Positions 56,593 through 64,000 of a DNA stretch of 64,000 bases are shown one piece after another; within the stretch, counting starts at the first letter, position 1, and the number at the start of each line of letters is the position of its first letter. A program made the translations under genes and the position numbers. Under the pieces are notes generated by a model. The model ran no database searches. It had not been told where the DNA came from and was given only the letters and a program-made list of their open reading frames with translations. The DNA is taken from the NCBI GenBank assembly GCA_043812975.1, contig JBDRLP010000027.1:32001-96000 (forward strand), written 5' to 3'. Origin of the DNA: Candidatus Iainarchaeum sp. (lineage in GTDB: Archaea > Iainarchaeota > Iainarchaeia > Iainarchaeales > Iainarchaeaceae).

Positions 56593-59500
56593 CCAAAAAC
56601 GAAGAAATAGGAACAGTAATAAGCACTCCAGATGGTCCTTCTCCGAGTGCTTTGGATTTTGTTGTTTATTCAGGAACACTTCACAGAGGAATGTTTGTTG
56701 AATTAGATTATGCTGAAGGCACTCTTGTTGCTTTGGTTACTGATGTTGTTAAAACAAATCGTTATTTTGAAAGAGTTGAATCAGTAAAGGAATTCGAATC
56801 CTCAGGAACAAAATTATTTGAACAATTCCCTACTCATGAATGGGAATTCCTTTTAGCAAAAACAAGACCGCTTGGAGTTTACAATAAAGGGATGATTAAG
56901 CGTTCTAGTTTTCCTCCTTCTCCTGGGGCTAAAGTAAGGGTTGCTTCCAAAGAAACTCTTGAAAACTTTTTAGGTTTAGATTTGGAAAAAGGTTTAATGC
57001 TTGGAGAAATTGAACATCACGATGTTTCAGTAAAATTGAACATGTCAAGATTATTCCAGAAACATTTAGCTATTTTGGCTATGAGTGGAGCAGGTAAGTG
57101 TACAAGTTTTGATGCTGAAATATTGCTTGAAAATAAGGTGCAGGTAAAAATTGGCGAATTAGTTGATTCAATATTAGAGAAAAATAAAAGAGTTGAAGAT
57201 GGTGTTGAATTTTGGGAAGGGGATTTGGATCTAAAAACTTATTCTTTTAATGGAGAAAAAATTGTTCCTGCGGAGGTCAAAGGAGTTTACCGAAGGAAGT
57301 CTCCGCATGAATTGATTAAGGTCACAACTCGGAGTGGTAGGATTTTGAAGGTTACTCCTGAACACTTAATCCCTATGTTTAGTGGTTCTATTGAGTGGTT
57401 GCATGCAAAGGATTTGGTTAAAAAAAACTACTTGATTTTTCCGAGGATAAATTGGAGTGGTTCTGAGCAAGTAATGGATTTTTCTTCAGTTGTTGGCGAG
57501 AAAACCATAGTTCGCGGTGGTTTTGCGGAGTCAAAGAAGTCCGGTAAAAAGGTTAGGTTATTGCAGAGTGTTGACAAGGATTTTGTCAGATTGTTTGCTT
57601 ATCTTTTGGCGGAAGGACATAATACTTGCGGTTCTCAAATTTGGTTTAGTAACGAAGATGAGTTTGTACGAAAGGATTTTTCGAAGCTGGTTTTTGATAA
57701 GTTTGGTTCTCGTGTCAGTGTAGCTAAACATGGGGGCGATTTGATTTTTTATAATAAGTTGTTGGCTCAGGCTCTTTCAAAGAAAGGGTTTACTAATTCT
57801 AGTTGGACTAAATTTGTTCCTCCTGAGATTTTGCGGAGCAGACGTGAAGTTTTGCTTTCTTTTCTTTCTGTTTTTATTGATTGTGACGGGCATATAAACA
57901 AAAGCAAGTCTGAGTTGGAGATAACTTTAGCGAGTAAAAAACTTATTTTTGGTATTGAAGAAATCCTCACAAAGCTGGGTATTGTTTCTTTTAGAGGGAT
58001 CAAAAAGACTGATGGCAAGGTATATCAAAGATTGTTTGTTAGAGGGGCGGAATTGAAAAAGCTGAAGGATCTCGATCTTTTGATTGGTTATAAAAAGAAG
58101 GCTCTTGAGAAATGGATTGCCTCTAAAAACAACCCTAATGTTGATGTTGTTCCCAATTTACATTCTCATTTGTTTGAGTTGTTGTCTTTGTTGAGAATGC
58201 CTCAGCCACAGGCTGAGTCGTCAGGCATTAACAATTATCTTTACCGCCGAGATAACCCTTCTAGGGAAAATTTGAGTGTTTTAATTTCTATTTTTGAGCG
58301 AAGATGTGTTGAGGTAGAAAAGGCAACTGAGGACGCTTATACTCTTTATAAAAGCATTCCTAAAGTTAGCGAAGAAGATGCTTTAGTGGTTGTTCAGGAA
58401 GCTTATTCCAGTGGTTTGGATTTTAATAAAATCTCTTCAGGAAGTGGTGTTTCAAAAACTACTGCAAGAAGGGTTGTTAGAGGTATCACTTCTCCAAAAA
58501 GTAGTGTTTTTTCTTTGGCAAAAAACATTTCTCAGTCTAGGTATGCTGAATTTGGATTCGTTGAAAACTTCGACGGGAATTCAGCTTTAACTTCTATTAA
58601 GGAAATTTGTGAGAGGCTTGGTCATGAGACACAGACTTTTTGTGTTTCAAATGGGGTTTACAAGAATTTTCTATATTCTCATTCAAAAGATAGGGGTGTT
58701 GCTGACCATTCTATTGTACTCAAGTTGTCAGAGTCTCTTTGTGAAATTGCGAGAAAATCTGAGAAAAATTTGGGCTTAGCTAAGGGAATTATTTTTGATT
58801 TGAAGAAAGCGATTGATTTGAATGCTTTTTTTGACGAGATTGTGAAAGTTGAAAAAGTTCCTTCTGAAAACGAGTTTGTTTATGATCTTTCTGTTGATAA
58901 TTCTAGTTTTGTTGCTAATAATTTGTTGATTCATAATAGCTACTTAACTTCCGTTCTCTTTGAAGAACTTTTAGAAAGAAAAAAAGAAGACGGAAGACTG
59001 GCTTTGATTGTAATGGATACTCATGGAGAATATAGGAATTTTGCTGAACCAGTAAAAGATTCAAAGAGTAAAGATTTTTCATCCAAAACAAGATTTGTTA
59101 AAGCAAGCGAAATTAGCATCGGTGTTCCTAAGCTTTCTATCGGAATGCTTTCCATTATGATTCCTGGATTATCAGGGCCGCAGAAGAGAGACCTTGCGAG
59201 AGTTCTTGAAAAATTAAGAAGAGAAATGAAAGACGGTTTAGGCCCCTATGATTTTGGTGCTGTAAAATCTGAAATATTTAAGGATGAGGAAATGAAAGAG
59301 TCAACAAAATTGGCTTTGACTGGATGGATAATTTCATTAGAACAGTTGAAACTTTTCGGAAAAACTGATAATCCAAGTATTAATGATCTTGTAAAACCAG
59401 GACAACTTACAATTGTTGATTTGAGTGATGTCATTGAAATGAAAAAGAAACAGATTATTGTTTCTTATTTTGCTTCGAAACTTTTCTTTGAAAGGCGCCA

Positions 59501-59969
59501 AAAAAGAATTGCTCCTTTTTCTCTTGTTTTGGAAGAAGCACATCAGTATTGCCCTGAAGGCACTTCAAAAGAAGGGGCTATTTCCAGAGGTATTATTGAA
59601 ACAATTGCAAGGGAAGGAAGAAAGTTCGGTGCTTCAATTTGTTTAATTTCTCAGAGGCCGATTAATCTTTCAACAACTGCATTAAGTCAATGCGGCACTC
59701 ATATAATTCTCAGAGTAACAAATCCTTATGATCTTGATCACATTGGTAAAAGCAGTGAAGGTCTTGACAGGCGTTCGCTGGACATGATTACTTCTCTAAG
59801 AACGGGAGAAGCTCTTCTTGTTGGTGAAGCCGTAAATTACCCTACTTTTTTCAAGGTTCGAAAAAGGACTTCTCAGGATTCTATTCATGAAAAGTCTCTG
59901 GAGGAGGCTTCTGTTGAGTTTGAGGAAATAAAGGAAGCATCACAGAAGGATATTGAAGATTTGATGTAA
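56589..59969 (+). CDS. herA: HerA helicase/ATPase with intein
   Basis: HAS-like N-terminus, HLAILAMSGAGK|intein|SY, DTHGEY, LEEAHQY, REGRKFG, SQRP. Confidence 0.92.
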   Translation: MTKNEEIGTVISTPDGPSPSALDFVVYSGTLHRGMFVELDYAEGTLVALVTDVVKTNRYFERVESVKEFESSGTKLFEQFPTHEWEFLLAKTRPLGVYNKGMIKRSSFPPSPGAKVRVASKETLENFLGLDLEKGLMLGEIEHHDVSVKLNMSRLFQKHLAILAMSGAGKCTSFDAEILLENKVQVKIGELVDSILEKNKRVEDGVEFWEGDLDLKTYSFNGEKIVPAEVKGVYRRKSPHELIKVTTRSGRILKVTPEHLIPMFSGSIEWLHAKDLVKKNYLIFPRINWSGSEQVMDFSSVVGEKTIVRGGFAESKKSGKKVRLLQSVDKDFVRLFAYLLAEGHNTCGSQIWFSNEDEFVRKDFSKLVFDKFGSRVSVAKHGGDLIFYNKLLAQALSKKGFTNSSWTKFVPPEILRSRREVLLSFLSVFIDCDGHINKSKSELEITLASKKLIFGIEEILTKLGIVSFRGIKKTDGKVYQRLFVRGAELKKLKDLDLLIGYKKKALEKWIASKNNPNVDVVPNLHSHLFELLSLLRMPQPQAESSGINNYLYRRDNPSRENLSVLISIFERRCVEVEKATEDAYTLYKSIPKVSEEDALVVVQEAYSSGLDFNKISSGSGVSKTTARRVVRGITSPKSSVFSLAKNISQSRYAEFGFVENFDGNSALTSIKEICERLGHETQTFCVSNGVYKNFLYSHSKDRGVADHSIVLKLSESLCEIARKSEKNLGLAKGIIFDLKKAIDLNAFFDEIVKVEKVPSENEFVYDLSVDNSSFVANNLLIHNSYLTSVLFEELLERKKEDGRLALIVMDTHGEYRNFAEPVKDSKSKDFSSKTRFVKASEISIGVPKLSIGMLSIMIPGLSGPQKRDLARVLEKLRREMKDGLGPYDFGAVKSEIFKDEEMKESTKLALTGWIISLEQLKLFGKTDNPSINDLVKPGQLTIVDLSDVIEMKKKQIIVSYFASKLFFERRQKRIAPFSLVLEEAHQYCPEGTSKEGAISRGIIETIAREGRKFGASICLISQRPINLSTTALSQCGTHIILRVTNPYDLDHIGKSSEGLDRRSLDMITSLRTGEALLVGEAVNYPTFFKVRKRTSQDSIHEKSLEEASVEFEEIKEASQKDIEDLM
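57099..58937 (+). mobile_element. 613-aa LAGLIDADG intein in HerA Walker A
   Basis: Starts CTSFDAE, VTPEH, AYLLAEG and FIDCDG, ends VYDLSV...IHN/S. Confidence 0.93.
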
Positions 59970-60006
59970 AAGCAATTATTATTAACTAATTCTTCGTTTT
60001 TTTTGC

Positions 60007-61146
60007 ATGGCTATTGAGTCTTTAGTTTTATTTGCTGTAGGAACTATTCTGCTGATTAAAGCTGCGGATTTTTTTGTAGATGCTGCTGCTAAAATTGCAA
60101 AACTTTTAGGAGTTAGTGATCTTGTAATAGGATTAACAATTGTTTCTATTGGAACTTCTCTTCCGGAAATTGCTTCGGCTATTTTTGCCGCTTTCTCCGG
60201 AGAACCAAGTCTTGCTATTGGAACGGTTGTCGGAAGTAACATTTCTAACATTGCGCTTATTCTTGGTTTGACTGTTTTTGTTGTAGGTACAATTAAAGTT
60301 GATAAAAAAGCTCTTGAAAAAGATCTTTTCATAATGCTAATGGTTACTGTTTTATTTTTTTACTTTTCAGTAGATGGTTTAATTTCTTTTTTGGAAGGCA
60401 TAGTTTTAGTTGTTATTTTTGTCCTTTACATGTTTTTCCTGTTTGGTTTTATGAAACGTTTTGAGGAAATATTTTCATATGATCTTTTCCTGAAACAGTT
60501 TTTCGGAACTGAAAAGTTTTCTGTTTTTAATGTTAAAACGTATTTCAAAATAATGCAGGCCGGAGTGGATCCTGTTACTTATCACAGGCTTCTTGGTTTT
60601 GATGGGAAGAAGTTCAGAGAAAAAATCGGAACCAGAATTGATAAAGGGGAAGTAACCGAAGCAAAAAAACTTTTCAGCAAAGAATTCTTTTCATCAATTA
60701 TCAACCAGTCAGTTATTTTAGTAATAAGTTCATTGGGTGTTTTGTATGGTGCTAAGATTCTGATTGATGGAGCAATAGGTCTGGCTACCTTTTTTGCAAT
60801 TCCAAGTTCAATAGTAGGTTTGTTTTTGGTTGCTATAGGAACTTCGCTCCCTGAATTAGGAGTTTCAATTTCCTCAGCAAGAAAAGGTTACTTTGATATT
60901 TTAATTGGAAACATTATCGGTTCTAATATTGCAAATATACTCTTGGTTATTGGTGCTACTTCTGTTATTTCTGCTTTGAGTTTTTCTTTTGCAGAAATTC
61001 TTGCTCCTATGTTTTTCATGCTTACAATTTCCTTAGTCCTTGGATTTTCAATTCATAGAAATTACGACATCAATAAGGGTGAGGCTCTTTTATTACTGGT
61101 TCTATACGCAGCTTTTGCATATGTAGCTTATATTACCTTGATTTGA
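60007..61146 (+). CDS. CaCA-family Na+/Ca2+ antiporter
   Basis: Two alpha repeats GTSLPE...GSN. Confidence 0.92.
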   Translation: MAIESLVLFAVGTILLIKAADFFVDAAAKIAKLLGVSDLVIGLTIVSIGTSLPEIASAIFAAFSGEPSLAIGTVVGSNISNIALILGLTVFVVGTIKVDKKALEKDLFIMLMVTVLFFYFSVDGLISFLEGIVLVVIFVLYMFFLFGFMKRFEEIFSYDLFLKQFFGTEKFSVFNVKTYFKIMQAGVDPVTYHRLLGFDGKKFREKIGTRIDKGEVTEAKKLFSKEFFSSIINQSVILVISSLGVLYGAKILIDGAIGLATFFAIPSSIVGLFLVAIGTSLPELGVSISSARKGYFDILIGNIIGSNIANILLVIGATSVISALSFSFAEILAPMFFMLTISLVLGFSIHRNYDINKGEALLLLVLYAAFAYVAYITLI

Positions 61147-61150
61147 AATT

Positions 61151-61211
61151 CCGCACCGGCACGAACTTGGAGTTCGCACCGGCAATGTACCCCTTAAAAA
61201 CGCTTTTTAAA
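61151..61211 (+). promoter_or_regulatory. Tandem CGCACCGGCA motif upstream of TTTTTAAA of the PolB-like gene
   Basis: Copies 61152-61161 and 61175-61185; TATA-like box 61204-61211. Confidence 0.65.
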
Positions 61212-61231
61212 TCAGAATCGAAAGTTGTAGT

Positions 61232-62728
61232 ATGCTCCATAATACGCGATTATTCCTGAGCAAGGTTAACTATAACTCTGAGAAAAGACAGATTACTGTA
61301 GAGTTTTCAAAGAAAAATCAGAAATCTTCAAAGAAGTACTCATTTTTTCCAAAAATGTATCTTTCTCTGAAAAAAATTTCTGAAAAACATTTACTTGATG
61401 CTTTAGCTGATTATGATGTAAGAAAATTAAAAATAGATTTTAAAGAAAATACAGCAACTATTTTTGCAGCAACATTTTCTGATTTGAAGAAAGTAAATAA
61501 TCTTCTGAATAATTTTTTTAATTTACATTCAAATTTAATAGAACCTGAAAGGCAATTTCTGCTGGAAAAGAACTGGAGTTATTTTGATTTTTTTGATTTT
61601 TCTTATTCAGAACCCCAACAAATCCACACAACTGAATTTCCTGATGTTTCAATGGACTTCCTTTCAGATTCTTTCAAAGAAACTATTGCTTCTTTATTGT
61701 TGAACAACAGGTCTCTTGCTAAAGAAACAATTGAAAAAATCGTTTTTTCCAAGCTGTTAAGAATTCCTTTAATAGGCCGAGAAGAAGATAAGTCTCTTGA
61801 GGAAATTTTTATTGAAAATATTTTTTTCCTTAGCGAAAAACCAATTTCTATAGGGGGGTATAGAAACAAATCTTATTTTAGGCAAATCCATAAAAAATCA
61901 GTTATAGATTTTTCAAAAATGGTTTCAGTAATGGCTTCAAAGCCGTTCAATAATCTTGGTTTTGAAACCATTAATTGCAGCTGTTGCAAACCATGGGATA
62001 AAGAAGCAAAAAACATTTTGCCTTCTTCTTTAGTCAAGGTTAATTTTTTGAGGGAAGCTTTTTACTTTGACTCTGTTTCAAGTAACTGGGCTGATGCTTA
62101 TCATTTTTCTAATAAGGAAATGCAACAGCGTGAAAAAAGAAAAAGGGAATATTTTTTGGATTTTTATCCTTCAGGCCCGTTTTCAAGAAACTCGTCTGAA
62201 AATATACTTTTAGCTGATGCATTAAATCTTGAACAAAAAGGATTGGTTAAAATAGTTTCTCATGAAAATCCTTCCTGGTTTTGCCTGAAAAAGGAAAGTG
62301 CTTTTTCTTCAGAAGTCAATCGTTTGTATGAATCTCTCATTACTCTTAATTCAGTTGTTGAGAAGGAAAGTAATTCGGTTGTTGCTTCTGCTGGTTTGTT
62401 TTTCTCTCAGTCCCTTGAATCTAGTCCTGGGCATCATTATAGAAAAATTTTAGATAAAACAACTTCTAGGCTTTTAGCTTCTTTTCCAGGGTTGCTTACA
62501 AATTCTTCCGGAAGGTTTTTTGATAAGAATTTTGCAATTGCTTTGGAAGCTATTAATAGCCTTATTTTGAAGGATTTTGAAGAAATTGCCAAAAACTCCA
62601 AAACAAGGGTTACTTTCAAGGATTCTATTGCTTTGGTTGATTCTTCTTCTTTCATGTCTGCCTCTAAAGAGTTCAGAGACCTCTATAAGGTTGACAAACG
62701 CTTGTTGAGCGTCTCCAAAAGCTTTTGA
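61232..62728 (+). CDS. Highly degenerate family-B polymerase-like protein (PolB2-like, probably inactive)
   Basis: FFPKMY, IEPERQFL, IDFSKM...NLGFETINCSCC, WFCLKK; no YGDTDS. Confidence 0.5.
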   Translation: MLHNTRLFLSKVNYNSEKRQITVEFSKKNQKSSKKYSFFPKMYLSLKKISEKHLLDALADYDVRKLKIDFKENTATIFAATFSDLKKVNNLLNNFFNLHSNLIEPERQFLLEKNWSYFDFFDFSYSEPQQIHTTEFPDVSMDFLSDSFKETIASLLLNNRSLAKETIEKIVFSKLLRIPLIGREEDKSLEEIFIENIFFLSEKPISIGGYRNKSYFRQIHKKSVIDFSKMVSVMASKPFNNLGFETINCSCCKPWDKEAKNILPSSLVKVNFLREAFYFDSVSSNWADAYHFSNKEMQQREKRKREYFLDFYPSGPFSRNSSENILLADALNLEQKGLVKIVSHENPSWFCLKKESAFSSEVNRLYESLITLNSVVEKESNSVVASAGLFFSQSLESSPGHHYRKILDKTTSRLLASFPGLLTNSSGRFFDKNFAIALEAINSLILKDFEEIAKNSKTRVTFKDSIALVDSSSFMSASKEFRDLYKVDKRLLSVSKSF

Positions 62729-62792
62729 ATCAGGTTTTTAATCATTTGCACGGAGAAAATAGTAATAAATCCTGATTTTTAAGTGATTTTAT

Positions 62793-62999
62793 ATGACTAT
62801 TTTAACAAGATTTGAAATAACTCGTCTTATAAGCGCTAGGGCATTACAGCTTTCGCTTGGCGCTCCAGGAATGATTAAGGCTTCAAAAGAATCTAGCATG
62901 ATTGATATTGCTAGAGAAGAGTTTGATAAGAAAGTTATTCCTATTTCAGTTTTAAGGGAATTTCCTGACGGAAGAATTGAAAAAATTGAGGTGGATTAG
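62793..62999 (+). CDS. rpo6: RNA polymerase subunit Rpo6 (RpoK)
   Basis: LTRFEITRLISARALQLSLGAP. Confidence 0.93.
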   Translation: MTILTRFEITRLISARALQLSLGAPGMIKASKESSMIDIAREEFDKKVIPISVLREFPDGRIEKIEVD

Positions 63000-63000
63000 A

Positions 63001-63192
63001 TTGGGTAAAGCAGTCCCTCAGAATATTAAAAGTAAGGCAAATATACTTTTGCAAACTTATCCTAATGATGTGCCAAATGATTTTGATTCTATTAAGAAAT
63101 TTATTGATACTTTTAAAATGCCGATGAGTAAATCACAGAGAAATCTTGTTGCTGGTTTTTTGGCTAGAAAAAAGTCTCAGTTAAAAGCCTAG
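63001..63192 (+). CDS. rps17e: Ribosomal protein S17e
   Basis: MGK....IK..A..L, SKSQRNLVAGF; TTG start after GAGGTG. Confidence 0.85.
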   Translation: MGKAVPQNIKSKANILLQTYPNDVPNDFDSIKKFIDTFKMPMSKSQRNLVAGFLARKKSQLKA

Positions 63193-64000
63193 TACTTTTG
63201 TAGGTGCATCTTTTTCTTTTTCTCTTTCTAATGAATATAATTTTCCTGATGCTGCATTTTCCATTTCTTTATCGTGGGTGATAATAAAAATTTGTTCAAT
63301 CAATTCAGGTAAATGATTTCTCATTGTTTCGCTTAATTCCTTAACCGCGTTCACGTCTAAATTGTGGGTTGGTTCATCCAGAATAATCCAGCCTAAGTTT
63401 TGGGTTAATACGAGGGAGATTGCAATTCTCAGGGTTATTGCTGCTGCACTTCTTTCTCCGCCTGAAAGTATTCCTTCTACTCTTGCCCATTGTTCGTTTC
63501 TTTGTTTAACCATTACTTCGTAGCTTCCTTCTTCCACGATTATTTTTACACTCAAAAAATCTTTGTAAGGGTAAATCCTTGGCCAGATTTCTCCCATTGC
63601 CTGATTAACTGTTTCCACCATCATGTTTCTTAGTTCTCCTTGCGTGGATTTTAATGCCGAAGTAAAGATTGCTAGTTTTTCTGTTGTTTTTTCGTTTTCC
63701 TTAACTTGGGTTTCAAGTTCTTTAATCTGATGTTCTATTTCTTTTATTCTTTTTACACTTTCATTGAGTTCTTTTAATAGTTCTTTTCCGCTTGAAATTT
63801 CAGTTCTGAGTTCAGCACTCTTTTCTTTTAAACCTAAAAACTCTTTTTCGTGCTTTTCGTGTTCTTTTTCATCAAACCCTGTTTTTTTCATCATTTCTCT
63901 TACTTTTTCTATTTCTTTCTCAAGGTCATTTTTTTGTTTTTCTTTTTCACTTAATTCTGCAGCAATTTCCTTCAGTCTTTTAAGTTCGTTAAGTTGCTTT
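63181..64000 (-). CDS. rad50: Rad50/SMC-like ATPase, C-terminal part (runs off window)
   Basis: Coiled coil, LSGGER, ILDEPT.NLD, IITHD; frame open to window end. Confidence 0.85.
   Translation of the reverse strand, partial: KQLNELKRLKEIAAELSEKEKQKNDLEKEIEKVREMMKKTGFDEKEHEKHEKEFLGLKEKSAELRTEISSGKELLKELNESVKRIKEIEHQIKELETQVKENEKTTEKLAIFTSALKSTQGELRNMMVETVNQAMGEIWPRIYPYKDFLSVKIIVEEGSYEVMVKQRNEQWARVEGILSGGERSAAAITLRIAISLVLTQNLGWIILDEPTHNLDVNAVKELSETMRNHLPELIEQIFIITHDKEMENAASGKLYSLEREKEKDAPTKVLGF

Noticed and set aside
54222..61185. Composite mobile element bounded by the two tandem CGCACCGGCA sites
   Set aside because: No recombinase, core-gene cargo, and each site is better explained by its spacing to a downstream promoter; not fully excluded.

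Overview
AT-rich archaeal chromosomal window. The gene content (radA, hjc, nurA/herA/rad50, rpo6, S17e/S19e/L31e/L39e/L18a, aIF6, Pus10, GGGP synthase, BHB tRNA intron) and compact, often leaderless layout point to a DPANN-type archaeon, possibly Diapherotrites/Iainarchaeota (inference). Most of it is housekeeping: isoprenoid lipid synthesis, a MacB-type ABC system, Isc Fe-S genes, thiol redox, SRP54/FtsY, a ribosomal superoperon, three tRNAs and DNA repair. Main unusual features: (1) a C(G/A)CACCGGCAA motif 15-18 nt upstream of the TATA-like boxes of radA, nurA-herA, a decayed PolB-like gene and a RelE-type TA pair, suggesting an SOS-like regulon; (2) short GC-rich hairpin insertions at ends of essential genes (radA, ftsY, rps19e, dnaG, tRNA-Val), mostly with a duplicated or recoded target end; (3) three tandem pilin-like genes with a near-identical N-terminal cassette using only A/C-ending codons and different C-terminal domains; (4) PTP phosphatase and Zn-ribbon genes coupled between nurA and an intein-bearing herA; (5) a long RelA-like protein with a degenerate hydrolase domain and a sigma70-region-2-like orphan. 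No CRISPR array, integrase, transposase or reverse transcriptase was seen. All calls are by-eye motif recognition; no database search was run.
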